Assembly: GCA_965248195.1 (NCBI GenBank)
Contig: CBDFIQ010000002.1
Location: forward strand, 1,280,001-1,344,000
Length of the DNA: 64,000 nt
Direction of reading: 5' to 3'
DNA from: Longimicrobiales bacterium
GTDB lineage: Bacteria; Gemmatimonadota; Gemmatimonadetes; Longimicrobiales; Gaopeijiaceae
Part shown: piece by piece, positions 1-10,232 of the stretch
How the letters are laid out: every line of letters begins with the position of its first letter
Position numbering within the stretch: the stretch's first letter is position 1
Translations under genes and position numbers: made by a program
Notes under the pieces: generated by a model
Seen by the model: only the letters and a program-made list of their open reading frames with translations
The model's database searches: none
Told to the model about the DNA's origin: nothing

Positions 1-2
1 GG

Positions 3-890
3 CCGGTCCGTCGGGGCGAGTGGGCGCCGTGGTCCGAGGTGAGGAGCCTCACCTTGGAGATGGTGCCGTTCGGAGCCGCTTTCGTGGCTCTCACCATCTA
101 TTACAAGATCGACGTCCTCCTCCTGGCTGAGTGGCGCTCGCCGGCGGACGTGGGTCTCTACACCGCGGCCTACAAGTTTTGGGACGTGGCCCAGGCCCTC
201 TCCCTGGTGGCCATCGCCGCAGTGTATCCACGCCTTTCCCGGATCGCCCCCCAGAACGGGAGAGGCGAAAGGTGGGCGGGGACGAGAATCACCGAGCTCA
301 TGCTCCTGGCCGTGGTGCCCGCCTGTGCGCTCCTATGGCTGCTCAAGGGACCCCTCATCGAGACCCTCTACGGGGCCTCGTACGTCGATGCGACACCCAT
401 GCTGGGCCGCCTCTCGCCGGCCCTTCCCGCTCTCGCCGTCAACCTCCTCGCCGGATACATCCTCGCGGCCGCCGGAAGGATGACCCATGTCGCCGCATTA
501 TACGCCGTCGGGATTGTGGCGAACGTGGTCCTCAACCTCCTTCTGGTCACGTCCATGGGTCCGCTCGGTGCCGCAACAGCCAAGCTGGGATCGGAAGTGC
601 TGCTGGCCGGCGGGTTCCTGGTGATCCTCCGGATGCAGGTCGCCGTGGCTCCCACGGTGCATATCCTGGTCATCGCCGTCGCGGCTGGCGGGCTCGCTTG
701 GGTCGTGACCTGGATTCCCGACACGACGGGGGGGCTGCTCCAGGCGCCGGTTTATGCGGTGGTCGTCGCTCTCCTTTACTGGCGCGGCAGCGTGATGCCC
801 GAGCGTGAGTGGCTCACCCTGCGGGAAGCCGTCCAGCTCGCGGACGGAGCGGGCAAAGGGCGTGAGCCCGGCGGAGAGGGAGTCACATGA
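3..890 (+). CDS. Wzx/MATE-like polysaccharide flippase, C-terminal part (5' end outside window)
   Basis: Frame is open from the window start; many TM segments; KIDVLLL...VGLYTAAYK..VYPRLSR motif typical of polysaccharide export proteins; ATGA overlap with the next GT. Confidence 0.8.
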   Translation, partial: PVRRGEWAPWSEVRSLTLEMVPFGAAFVALTIYYKIDVLLLAEWRSPADVGLYTAAYKFWDVAQALSLVAIAAVYPRLSRIAPQNGRGERWAGTRITELMLLAVVPACALLWLLKGPLIETLYGASYVDATPMLGRLSPALPALAVNLLAGYILAAAGRMTHVAALYAVGIVANVVLNLLLVTSMGPLGAATAKLGSEVLLAGGFLVILRMQVAVAPTVHILVIAVAAGGLAWVVTWIPDTTGGLLQAPVYAVVVALLYWRGSVMPEREWLTLREAVQLADGAGKGREPGGEGVT

Positions 891-2008
891 AGGTCCTCTA
901 CGTGTCAAAGGCCCTTTGCGTGGCGGCCTATCGGGACAAGCTGCGGAGCCTCTCCAGCCACGTGGACATCGTCGGTGTCATCCCGGAAAAATGGGGCGAC
1001 CAGGGCATCGAAGAGAGTGACGGCTCGGTGCCGGATGTCGTCTCCTGGCCCGTCCGCTTTCACGGTCACAACCACTTCCACCTCTACCGACGACCGGGTG
1101 GGCTCGTCGACGAGATGGCGCCGGACCTGGTTCACATCGACGAGGAACCCTTCAGCGCGGTGACCTTCCAGCTCACACTGGTGTGCCGGCGCCGGCGAGT
1201 CCCGTCCCTATTCTTCACCTGGCAGAACCTGGAGAAGCCGGTGCCTCCGCCGTTCGGCGCCATGAGGTGGTACGTCTTCCGCCATTCCGGAGGGGCCATC
1301 GCCGGAACCCCGCGCGTCGCCGATGTCGTCCGCCGCGTCGGTTACGTGGGTGAGCTGAGCGTCATCCCCCAGTTCGGGGTGAACACGCAGTGCTTCGCCC
1401 CGAATGAAGAGGCCCGCCCGGCGGTCCGCGAGCGGGTCTCGGCTGGAAGCGCCGATCTGGTGGTGGGCTTCGGTGGGAGGCTGGTGCCCGAAAAGGGCGT
1501 GGACCTGCTGATTTCGGCCACGGCGAAACACAGTCATTTCCGGCTCGTGATTCTGGGCGACGGCCCCCAACGGGCCGCCCTGGAGGCAGCCGCGAGACGG
1601 GCCGGGGTCGCGGATCGGATCCACTTCGCTGGGCACGTGCCTTCCCTCGAGGTCCCGCGATGGCTGCCGGCCTTCGACGTGCTCGCCCTTCCGTCGCTCA
1701 CCACGAAGCGCTGGACCGAGCAATTCGGCCGCATCCTGGTGGAGGCCATGGCATGCGGCGTTCCCGTGGTGGCCTCGAACGCCGGTGAGATTCCACGAGT
1801 GGTGGGAGACGGCGGGATCATCGTACGGGAGGGCGACGCGTTCGCCCTCGGTGCCGCCCTCGAGGGCCTGGCGAAGGATCCCGGCGCGCGTGCGACGCTG
1901 GCGGAACGGGCCCGCACGAGAGCCGAGACAAGGTTCAGCCAGGAGGGCGTCGCCACCGCCACCTTCGAGTTCTATGAACAGGTCCTGGCCAGAGCGACAG
2001 GCTCATGA
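887..2008 (+). CDS. Glycosyltransferase family 4
   Basis: GRLVPEKG and EQFGRILVEAMACGVPVV motifs. Confidence 0.9.
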   Translation: MKVLYVSKALCVAAYRDKLRSLSSHVDIVGVIPEKWGDQGIEESDGSVPDVVSWPVRFHGHNHFHLYRRPGGLVDEMAPDLVHIDEEPFSAVTFQLTLVCRRRRVPSLFFTWQNLEKPVPPPFGAMRWYVFRHSGGAIAGTPRVADVVRRVGYVGELSVIPQFGVNTQCFAPNEEARPAVRERVSAGSADLVVGFGGRLVPEKGVDLLISATAKHSHFRLVILGDGPQRAALEAAARRAGVADRIHFAGHVPSLEVPRWLPAFDVLALPSLTTKRWTEQFGRILVEAMACGVPVVASNAGEIPRVVGDGGIIVREGDAFALGAALEGLAKDPGARATLAERARTRAETRFSQEGVATATFEFYEQVLARATGS

Positions 2009-3471
2009 GAGCAGTGCATAGGGTCCTCACGGACTCGAGCAATCAGTGGATCGCTGTGCTGTCCGTGGCCGCACTGGGCTGCGGTGCACTGTTGGCCCTC
2101 CATGGGATCCTATCCGGCCAGATCAACGCAGCAGCGGCAGGAGGTGCGCTCGGCGGTGCCGGCCTGATCTTCCTGGTGGTGGGCGGGTGGGTCGACGGCC
2201 TCATCCTTGTCGCGCTCTCGCTTCCCCTTCCCGCCCTCTTTGGCGACGACGGGATTCGAATCACGACGGCGGCCCTCGTGACGGCGGCGGTGGTTCTGGC
2301 GTGGGCCCTCGGCCTGGGGTCTTCCCGCCACACGGTCGCGCTGGGCCGCTTCCCGTTGAAGGCGACGGTGGCGCTGGTCGCCGTCTTCGTGGTGGCGACA
2401 CTGCTCGGACAGAGCCCGGTGACGTCGGCCCGAGAGACCCTGAACTTCGTTGTGCTCCTGGCACTCCTGGTGGTGGCGACGGACCTCTTCACGGGAGATC
2501 CGGGCCGGATGGAGAGGGTCCTGGCCGTACTCGTGTGGGTAGCCGCCCTGTGTGGGGTGCTGGCCCTACTGGAGACCCTCCGGATTCTCCCGGGGGAGTT
2601 TCCGCGATTCGACACGAGATTCAATCGCGCCGCCCTGGGGTTCGGGCAGCCCAATGGCCTCGGGCTCTTCTTGGCGGTGATGATTCCGCTGGTTGCCCAC
2701 CGATACGGGGTGGCCCGCACCCGGATCGGGAGGGCACTCCACGCCCTCGCGATCGGAGCCGTCGTCATCGGTCTGATAGGGACCTTCTCGCGCGGTAGCT
2801 GGCTCGCGGTCCTGGCCGGCTCAGGGGTGTTCCTCCTGAGCCGGGACTGGCGGTTGGCGGGCCGTATCTGGCTCGTGGCGGTGGTTTGTGTCGTCGTGGT
2901 GGACCTGGGGTCGGGAGGGGCTCTCCGAGACACCGTAGAGCGGACGCTGGGCGACTGGGTGTTGGAGCAGCGTGCGGCCCTCATGCTCACGGGCGTCCTC
3001 ATGTTCCTGGAGCACCCGATCATCGGGGTGGGCCCCGGCGGATTCGCCGACAGCCTGGATCGGTTCGGGGCCCAGGTGAGCCAGTTGTTCGACATCCAGC
3101 CGACGCCCCACAACGCCTACGTACAGATGGCTGCCGAGACCGGTGTGATCGGGCTCGTGGCTTTCGTCACTTTCCTCGCGGTGACCCTGTGGGCCCTTCT
3201 CAAAGAAGTTCGACGATCCGGCCGCAAGACGGGCCAACGAAACACGCTCGACCTGCGGCGGGCCCTCCTGTGGTCGCTCGCGACGGTGTGCGTCGCGGGT
3301 ATGGTGGTCTGGCCCTTCGCGCACGGCCCCGGCCAGCTCGTCATGCTGGTGGCCGCCATGGCGTACGTGCGGCCGCGGGAGCCCGAGGTGAAGGCCCCGG
3401 AGGAGTCGAAGGCAGCGGGGGTGATGGAACCCCATGGGGAAACCCGAGCGAACCCGGAGGCCGAGTCGTGA
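2005..3471 (+). CDS. O-antigen ligase / Wzy polymerase family membrane protein
   Basis: Multi-TM protein with TFSRGSW, HPIIGVGPGGF and PHNAYVQMAAETGVIGL motifs. Confidence 0.85.
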   Translation: MRAVHRVLTDSSNQWIAVLSVAALGCGALLALHGILSGQINAAAAGGALGGAGLIFLVVGGWVDGLILVALSLPLPALFGDDGIRITTAALVTAAVVLAWALGLGSSRHTVALGRFPLKATVALVAVFVVATLLGQSPVTSARETLNFVVLLALLVVATDLFTGDPGRMERVLAVLVWVAALCGVLALLETLRILPGEFPRFDTRFNRAALGFGQPNGLGLFLAVMIPLVAHRYGVARTRIGRALHALAIGAVVIGLIGTFSRGSWLAVLAGSGVFLLSRDWRLAGRIWLVAVVCVVVVDLGSGGALRDTVERTLGDWVLEQRAALMLTGVLMFLEHPIIGVGPGGFADSLDRFGAQVSQLFDIQPTPHNAYVQMAAETGVIGLVAFVTFLAVTLWALLKEVRRSGRKTGQRNTLDLRRALLWSLATVCVAGMVVWPFAHGPGQLVMLVAAMAYVRPREPEVKAPEESKAAGVMEPHGETRANPEAES

Positions 3472-4568
3472 AGCTCGGCATCAATGGCCTCTTCTACGGG
3501 GCACCCCTCACCGGTGTGCAGCGGTTCTCCCGCGAGCTCTGCGCCCGGATCTATGATCGACAGGGTGCCGTTCTTTTCCTGCCCCGTGGAACCGAGCCGC
3601 CTCTGGGGCTCCCCAAGCAGGTTGAGGTGGTGGTAGGAAGGACCCCCAGGCACTTGTGGGAGCAGCTCGAGCTTCCGGGAGCGGCGGCATCTTGCGACGT
3701 CCTCCTGCACCCGGCCAACACCTGCCCACTTCGGGGCGCGGGAGACGTGGTCGTCGTGCACGACGTTCTCCCCCTGAGTCACCCCGCCTGGTTCGATCAG
3801 GGGTTCGTGTTGTGGTACCGCTGGGTCGTCAAACCCGCCATAAGAGGGGCGGAGCGAGTGCTCACCGTGTCGCGGTGGAGTGCCGACCAGCTGATTCGAC
3901 TCGTCGGCGTGGATCCCGACAGGGTGGAGATCGTGACCCAGGGCGTGGAGCCGTTCAGCCAGCCGGCCTCGGCGGACGTGGTTCGGCGTGTGCGTGAGCG
4001 TTGGAGCCTCCCCCCCGAATACTTACTCACCCTCGACGGGAGTGATCCCCGAAAGAACCTGACCTTTCTCACGGGCGTGTTGAATGATTTGTCTTCGAAG
4101 TCGGGCCGGACCCTTCCCCTAGTCGTCGTGGGGCGGCCCCGACGGCAGGTCCACCGGTCACCGTCGTCGATCGAGCCCGCGTCGAAGAACGTCGTGGACG
4201 TGGGGCCGGTGACGGACGAGGAGCTCCACGGCCTCTATACCGGCGCGTCCGTCTTCTGCTTTCCTTCGCTGGCCGAGGGCTTCGGGCGTCCCCCACTCGA
4301 GGCGGTCGCATGCGGGACGCCGGCAGTCGTGGCTGAGTACGGTCCGGCGCGTGAGGTGATCGGGGGCGGAGCGGAGATTCTGCCGCTGGACCGGGCAGCC
4401 TGGACTGCCACGCTGGACGACCTGCTCGGCGATGCGGATCGAAGACGAGACCTGGCCGCCCGCGGACGTCAAGTGGCGGCACGGTATCGGTGGGACCGGA
4501 CCTGCGACCAGGTGCTCGAGGCGTGTGGAAGGGTGGTAAGACGGGCGGCCAGGGTGAGCGCGCGCTGA
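3468..4568 (+). CDS. Glycosyltransferase family 4 (mannosyltransferase-like)
   Basis: GTG start overlaps the upstream stop (GTGA); TGVQRF, DPRKNL and FPSLAEGFGRPPLEA motifs. Confidence 0.88.
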   Translation: MKLGINGLFYGAPLTGVQRFSRELCARIYDRQGAVLFLPRGTEPPLGLPKQVEVVVGRTPRHLWEQLELPGAAASCDVLLHPANTCPLRGAGDVVVVHDVLPLSHPAWFDQGFVLWYRWVVKPAIRGAERVLTVSRWSADQLIRLVGVDPDRVEIVTQGVEPFSQPASADVVRRVRERWSLPPEYLLTLDGSDPRKNLTFLTGVLNDLSSKSGRTLPLVVVGRPRRQVHRSPSSIEPASKNVVDVGPVTDEELHGLYTGASVFCFPSLAEGFGRPPLEAVACGTPAVVAEYGPAREVIGGGAEILPLDRAAWTATLDDLLGDADRRRDLAARGRQVAARYRWDRTCDQVLEACGRVVRRAARVSAR

Positions 4569-5749
4569 TGCCGGGCGCCGAATCGATCGGGCGGCCCGAA
4601 GATCGATTGCGGGTGGTGCAGGTGAGCCCGTTTCTCGATCCGGCGGAGCGAAGTGCCGAGGATCTGCTCTCGGCATGGCCGACCCTGGTGCAGGTGGCCG
4701 AGGCCGTGGCGAGAGCCGGGGCAGAAGTGACGGTTCTTCAGCCCGCTGCGGCGGACGACTTCGTGGAGAGCGCCGGTGTTCGTTACCACTTCGTGCGTGA
4801 GCGCCCGCCGAGCAGAGTGAGGCGTCGTGCCGGACTCTGGGCCTCCCCGCTCCCCCGTCGTCTGGCCAGGAAGCTGGCCGATCTCGACGCGGACGTGATC
4901 CACTTCCAGAGCCTTTCCTTCCCGGTGCACCTGGGCTTCATCGGCAAGACCACTGGCGGGACCCCTATTCTGGTGCAGGATCATAAGGATCACCCCCCTC
5001 CACGTTGGCGAGCAGGCCTACATCGCCGCGGTCTCAAAGCAGCCGCAGGCGTGAGCTTCACCCACCGGGAGCAGGTCCGGCCCTTCGTCGAGGCGGGCGT
5101 GCTCCCCAAGGCCGTTCGGGTCTTCGAGGTCCTGGAGTCCTCGAGCTGGTTCACCCCGGGAGATCAGGACCATGCACGGAGGGCCACCGGATTGGCGGGT
5201 GATCCGTGCCTGCTGTGGATCGGGCATCTCAACCGGAACAAGGACCCGCTCGCGGTTCTGGTCGCGCTGGAGGCGGCGGCACCGCACCTCCCCGACCTGC
5301 ACCTCTGGTGTTGCTACGGATCCACAGGGCTGCTTACGGCGGTCCGAGATCGCATCCGGTCCAGCGACGTTCTCCGGGATCGTGTCCATCTCCTGGGAAG
5401 GGTGCCCCACGAGCAAGTGGAGTTCCTGTGTCGGGCGGCAGACTTCCTGATCACTGGCAGCCACAGCGAAGGAAGTGGCTACGCGGTGCTGGAGGCCATG
5501 GCGTGTGGCGCCGCTCCTCTGGTCACGGACATTCCGTCGTTCCGCCGTATCACGGACGAGGGCACAGTGGGCGCCCTGAGTTCTCCAGGTGATTCGGTGG
5601 CCATGACCCAAGCCCTGCTGGAGTGGTCCGCGATGGATCGGCGCGAGCTTCGCCGCCGTGTGGTGGGGCACTTCCGGGAGCGGCTGAGCTTCGACACCGT
5701 CGGCACGGAGCTGAGAGCTGCGTACGAGGGAGTGCGGACCATCGCATGA
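4568..5749 (+). CDS. Glycosyltransferase family 4
   Basis: TGATG coupling; GHLNRNKDP and SHSEGSGYAVLEAMACG motifs. Confidence 0.88.
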   Translation: MPGAESIGRPEDRLRVVQVSPFLDPAERSAEDLLSAWPTLVQVAEAVARAGAEVTVLQPAAADDFVESAGVRYHFVRERPPSRVRRRAGLWASPLPRRLARKLADLDADVIHFQSLSFPVHLGFIGKTTGGTPILVQDHKDHPPPRWRAGLHRRGLKAAAGVSFTHREQVRPFVEAGVLPKAVRVFEVLESSSWFTPGDQDHARRATGLAGDPCLLWIGHLNRNKDPLAVLVALEAAAPHLPDLHLWCCYGSTGLLTAVRDRIRSSDVLRDRVHLLGRVPHEQVEFLCRAADFLITGSHSEGSGYAVLEAMACGAAPLVTDIPSFRRITDEGTVGALSSPGDSVAMTQALLEWSAMDRRELRRRVVGHFRERLSFDTVGTELRAAYEGVRTIA

Positions 5750-6864
5750 AGATCGCCATGCTCCTTCCCGGGGGCGTTGATCGGTCCGGGACCCACCGGG
5801 TGATCCCCTGCAACCTGTGGCTCATAGAGCGGGTGGCCCGTGAGCACGATCTCCACGTCTTCGCCTTCCGGCAGGAGCCGCGACCCTCCCGATACGAGCT
5901 CCTGGGTGCACAGGTCCACAACATCGGGGCCCGGCCACGGCGGCTAGGGGCTCTCATCGCGGTGGTGCGCGAGCATCGTCGAGCGCCCTTCGACGTCCTT
6001 CACGCCCTATGGGCCGCTCCGTCCGGCCTGGTGGCGGCCGTGGCCGGCCGGCTTCTCGGTCGACCCGTATTGCTCCATCTGATCGGGGGCGACCTGGAGT
6101 CCATGCCCGACATCGACTTCGGCCTCCGATCCTATGATAGAGGGCGTCTCTGGCTCAGGGTCGCCGTAGCCGGAGCGGCCGAGATCCTGGTCTCGAGCAC
6201 GTTGATGCACGAGCACGCAGCCGCACTCGGGATCGAGACGGCCCGGGTCCCCTTCGGTGTGGCGCTGGACCGATGGCCGTCCACCCCTCCGAGGCGTCGT
6301 GACCCGGGCCGACCGGCCCGCCTCATCCACGTGGGTAGCCTGAATCGTGTCAAGGACCACCCGGTCCTCCTGGAGGCGCTTCGGATCCTCGTCGCCGAGG
6401 GAGTGGACTGCCACCTCGACATCGTTGGGGAGGACACGCTGGACGGCCGAATCCAGAGGATGGCGGAGTCGTTGGGCCTCCAGGAGCACGTCACTTTCGA
6501 CGGCTTCCTGCCGCACTCGGAGCTGAGGCCCCTCATGGAAAGCGCGGACCTGTTGCTGCTCACGTCCAGGCACGAATCGGGTCCCTTGGTGGTACTGGAG
6601 GCGGCTATCGCAGGCGTGCCCGCGGTGGGAACGGCCGTAGGGCACCTCATCGACTGGGCCCCCGAGGCGGCCGTCACGGTGCCTGTGAGCGACTTTCAGG
6701 CCCTCGCCCGGGCCACCGCCGCTGTGCTGTCGGACGAGGAGCGCCGCCTCCGGCTGGCAGAGGCCGCGCAGGCGCGCGCGAAAGTCGAGGACGCGGACTG
6801 GACCGCCATGCAGATCCTCGAGAAGTACGAGATTCTTGCCGGAGGACCGCTACGGAGTGCCTGA
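5746..6864 (+). CDS. Glycosyltransferase family 4
   Basis: ATGA coupling; VGSLNRVKD and SRHESGPLVVLEAAIAGVP motifs. Confidence 0.88.
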   Translation: MKIAMLLPGGVDRSGTHRVIPCNLWLIERVAREHDLHVFAFRQEPRPSRYELLGAQVHNIGARPRRLGALIAVVREHRRAPFDVLHALWAAPSGLVAAVAGRLLGRPVLLHLIGGDLESMPDIDFGLRSYDRGRLWLRVAVAGAAEILVSSTLMHEHAAALGIETARVPFGVALDRWPSTPPRRRDPGRPARLIHVGSLNRVKDHPVLLEALRILVAEGVDCHLDIVGEDTLDGRIQRMAESLGLQEHVTFDGFLPHSELRPLMESADLLLLTSRHESGPLVVLEAAIAGVPAVGTAVGHLIDWAPEAAVTVPVSDFQALARATAAVLSDEERRLRLAEAAQARAKVEDADWTAMQILEKYEILAGGPLRSA

Positions 6865-7957
6865 CTTGATCGAATTCGAACGAACCGACGATCCCCTCCT
6901 CCGCGACGTTCCTCTGGAGCATCGCGTGGCCCTTCCCGTGTTGGGCATCCCGGTGGAATACCGCACAAATTCCCCGGACGTCCTGTCGGTGATCGAGGAG
7001 TCCTACGGCGGCTGGCGAGTCCTCGAGGATCGGCCCGAGCTCCTGGAGACGGATCCTGTTCAGGTGACGGTGATCGTATACGCCGGCGGAGAAGACCTCT
7101 CTCGGGGTGACCCTACTGCCACGGAGGAGCACGACGGGGACCCCCCTCGGCACTTACGCGTTCAATACCGAGCGCCCGACGCGGAGCGCGTCTACGTCGC
7201 TGCACCGGGTTGTATGGGCGTCACGGACGCGCGTCGCCGTGAAGCCGTCGCATACGTAACGCCGGCCCTCGTGTCCGATCGGGAGCACTTCCGCTACACC
7301 TTCATTTCGGCGCTGACGATGGGACTCCTGTCCCCGTTGGACCGACAGCCCCTCCATGCGGCCGCCCTGGTGCGGGGTGAAACGACCCTCCTGCTGGCGG
7401 GTCCCAGCGGCACCGGAAAGAGCACACTCTGTTACTCCGGAGCCCTGAACGGGCTCTCGGTGCTCTCGGATGACTACGTCAATCTGCAGCGCCACCCCCA
7501 CCCTCGTGTGTGGGGAATGCCGGATCACCTCCACCTGCCGTTGGACGCCCGGGAGCACTTTCCGGCCCTGGCCCAAAACCGTGCAAGGCTCCTCCACACC
7601 GGAAAGGAGAAGATCGCCATCAACCTCCGGGAGATGGGAGCCGAGGCGCCGCTGCCGGTGGTGGAGCGGGCCGGCATCTGCATCCTGACCCGAACGAAGG
7701 CCGTGCCGGCACTCGTGCGTCTGAGCGCTGAGGAGCTGCAGACGAGGCTCCTCGCGAGCCTGGAGTACGGCTTCGACCAATACTCGGATACCATCGGCGA
7801 GAGCATGCACCAGCTCGCGAAAAACGGTGGGTGGGAACTGGACCTGGGGAGCCGACCCGATGCGGCGATCCCATTTCTTTATGAGATGTTCGACGAGATC
7901 GACCGGACGTTCGCAGAAGACCTAGAGGCGGCGCGTAGCAGTACTACGGGCAGGTGA
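6857..7957 (+). CDS. HPr kinase-like P-loop kinase
   Basis: LHAAAL, Walker A GPSGTGKST and LSDD motif of the HprK-related family; probable GTG start at 6857 after GGAGG. Confidence 0.75.
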   Translation: MPDLIEFERTDDPLLRDVPLEHRVALPVLGIPVEYRTNSPDVLSVIEESYGGWRVLEDRPELLETDPVQVTVIVYAGGEDLSRGDPTATEEHDGDPPRHLRVQYRAPDAERVYVAAPGCMGVTDARRREAVAYVTPALVSDREHFRYTFISALTMGLLSPLDRQPLHAAALVRGETTLLLAGPSGTGKSTLCYSGALNGLSVLSDDYVNLQRHPHPRVWGMPDHLHLPLDAREHFPALAQNRARLLHTGKEKIAINLREMGAEAPLPVVERAGICILTRTKAVPALVRLSAEELQTRLLASLEYGFDQYSDTIGESMHQLAKNGGWELDLGSRPDAAIPFLYEMFDEIDRTFAEDLEAARSSTTGR

Positions 7958-8010
7958 CCGCCAACGTTATGCTCGGCCGGCGATCCGCCATTGGCGTGGC
8001 CCCCCCCTTT

Positions 8011-8163
8011 CTCGTGGAACCCCACGACGCCTGGGCAAGTTATATGGGTGCAAACTGAAGAGGCGCCACGTTGGGGACCGGATGCCCTCGAACCGAACCC
8101 CCTTGGACGACATCACCTGACCGACATCGAGAACTGGATCAATACCGTGGCCCCGGACAACTG
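8011..8163 (+). pseudogene. Decayed C-terminal fragment of a planctomycete-type cytochrome c domain protein
   Basis: Read across frameshifts it gives LVEPHDAWASY...GDRMPSNRTPLDDI..TDIENWINTVAPDN, resembling the ...RMP...I..WI..GAP.N end of these domains; it sits just upstream of YceI and DUF5777. Confidence 0.5.
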
Positions 8164-8238
8164 TTTGCGGCCGTTCCCCATATGAGTCCGTTCAACGCTT
8201 CCCGTGGAGTAGGGTCCGTTCTCTCAGGCCGGTCCCCG

Positions 8239-8832
8239 ATGGGAATTCGTATTTTCCTCCTGGCCTACGGCCTGTTGATTTACTCGCCGATGAGCGCCAT
8301 CGGCCAGGAGTATCATGTCGATCGCGATGCGGATAATGAGGTCCGGTTTATTTCGCGCGCACCTTTCGACGAGTTCGAGGGCGTCACGGATCGCATCGAC
8401 GGCTACGTGCTGCTCGACGGGCCGAGGCTTCAGGAGGGGGCTCCACAGGAAGCCCAACTGTACCTCGAAGTCGATCTGGGGAGCCTGGACACCGGCATTG
8501 GGCTGCGGAACCGGCAAATGCGGGACCACTACCTCGAGGTCGAGGAATTCCCGTACGCCTTCTTCGATGCCACCATCGGGAGTGTCGAGGCGGCCGCCGG
8601 CGGCGTGTTCCGCGTTACCGCCCAGGGGACGATGAACATCCACGGGGTGGAACGTGAAGTGGACATCCCCTGCGACGTGTCGGACCGGGGAGAGGGCTAT
8701 CGCGTCCGGTGCACGTTCAACGTACTGCTTTCGGACTTTGATATCGAAATTCCGAAAATCATGTTTCTCAAGCTGGCCGAGGAGATCCGGCTCGAGCTGG
8801 ACTTCGCGGTGCGGCCTGCACCCGATCTGTAG
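8239..8832 (+). CDS. YceI family secreted protein
   Basis: Signal peptide; LDTGIGLRNRQMR and GTMNIHGVER motifs. Confidence 0.85.
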   Translation: MGIRIFLLAYGLLIYSPMSAIGQEYHVDRDADNEVRFISRAPFDEFEGVTDRIDGYVLLDGPRLQEGAPQEAQLYLEVDLGSLDTGIGLRNRQMRDHYLEVEEFPYAFFDATIGSVEAAAGGVFRVTAQGTMNIHGVEREVDIPCDVSDRGEGYRVRCTFNVLLSDFDIEIPKIMFLKLAEEIRLELDFAVRPAPDL

Positions 8833-8843
8833 AGGAGATCAAC

Positions 8844-9692
8844 ATGCTGCGTCGAGGGTTTTTGGTTGCGGTCGTGGTCCTCGCTCCTTTGGGAGCCCGG
8901 GGGCAGGATCGCCCCGTTCGGTGGCAACGGACTTCTGAACCCGCTGAGATTCCGATCACGATCTTCCACTCCCCCCAGTCCGCGAATCTTCCGACGGCGG
9001 AAACGCTGCTACAGGGCGAATTGCAGTTTGAGATCTCTCACCGATTTTTTCCGCCCCTATCCGCCGGGGTGGATGATCTCTGGGGTTTGGACGGACCGGT
9101 ATACAACCGGCTGGGACTGGCCTTCGCCTTCCACGATCGGGGAATGTTGACGCTTCAGCGCACGAACTGGGACGACAACCTGGACTTCAATGTCAAGGTT
9201 AGGGTGTTCGAGGCCGGGCGGGGATCGATTCCGGTGATGTTTGCGGTGATCGGTGGAATGGCTTGGAATCAAGATGCACCTTTGCTCTTGGACGGGTCGA
9301 CTCGCGCCTGGCAGTACTACGGGCAGTTGACCGCCAACGTGATGCTCGGCAGGCGATTCGCTCTTGGGGTGGTCCCCTCTTTCTTGCGGAACCCGCGCCT
9401 GGATGCACCGCAGGTTGAAAATACGTTGTCGGTCGGGATCCTGGGTCAGCTCTACCTGTCACAGCACGTGAGCTTGCTTGGTGAGTGGAACATCAGTGAA
9501 GAACGGATTGGGCAGGAGTACGACGCCGGGACGTTCGGTGTCGAACTCGAGACCGGAGGGCACTTCTTCAAGCTCGTGATCTCGAACTCTGTTTTCTTCA
9601 ACCCGGCTCAGTTCGTAGCGGGTACACCGTTCTCCTTCGACACGGACGAATGGCGTCTCGGCTTCAACGTCACTCGACTGCTCCAGTTCTGA
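8844..9692 (+). CDS. DUF5777-like outer-membrane beta-barrel protein
   Basis: GGAG RBS, signal peptide, FEISHRF..WGLDG and ELETGGHFF motifs, C-terminal Phe. Confidence 0.75.
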   Translation: MLRRGFLVAVVVLAPLGARGQDRPVRWQRTSEPAEIPITIFHSPQSANLPTAETLLQGELQFEISHRFFPPLSAGVDDLWGLDGPVYNRLGLAFAFHDRGMLTLQRTNWDDNLDFNVKVRVFEAGRGSIPVMFAVIGGMAWNQDAPLLLDGSTRAWQYYGQLTANVMLGRRFALGVVPSFLRNPRLDAPQVENTLSVGILGQLYLSQHVSLLGEWNISEERIGQEYDAGTFGVELETGGHFFKLVISNSVFFNPAQFVAGTPFSFDTDEWRLGFNVTRLLQF

Positions 9693-9802
9693 GGACGTCC
9701 GTTCTAATGACATCCACGACTCTAGCTGGCTTTCTCAACACCCGGTCCGTATCTTAACTGCTTCCCTCCCCCAGGTGGCGCACCTTATGGCCGGATCCGC
9801 TC

Positions 9803-10232
9803 ATGGCCTCGAAGGATTCTGACGACCGGACCGATTCGAGAGGGGGTCGTGGCCCCTCGCCTCCCGATCGCTCTCCCGCAGATCTAGCTGCGTCCAACAA
9901 GGAGGGTGCTCCGGGTCATCCCGAATCTAGCGATCCGTCGGGGAGCCCCTCCTCTGATCAACTCTCGTACACTCCGAAGCAGATCGGTCCCTATTTGCTA
10001 CGTGAAACGCTCGGCAAGGGTGGGATGGGGGTGGTGTACGGGGCGGAGCAGACCGAGCCCGTCCGTCGGGAAGTCGCCCTTAAAGTCATCAAGCTCGGCA
10101 TGGACACCAAAGAGGTCGTGGCCCGCTTCGAGGCCGAGCGGCAGGCCCTGGCGGTCATGGAGCACCCCTCCATCGCCAAAGTCTTCGATGCTGGGGTTAC
10201 CGACACGGGCCAGCCCTACTTCGTCATGGAGC
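9803..10232 (+). pseudogene. Hanks-type Ser/Thr protein kinase, truncated by IS256
   Basis: [38 protein letters not shown] and PYFVME, then an abrupt switch to the IS end; HRD and DFG subdomains are absent. Confidence 0.9.

Noticed and set aside
2886..3467. N-terminal extension of the 560-aa ORF
   Set aside because: It overlaps the ligase gene; the GT homology and coupled GTG start begin at 3468.
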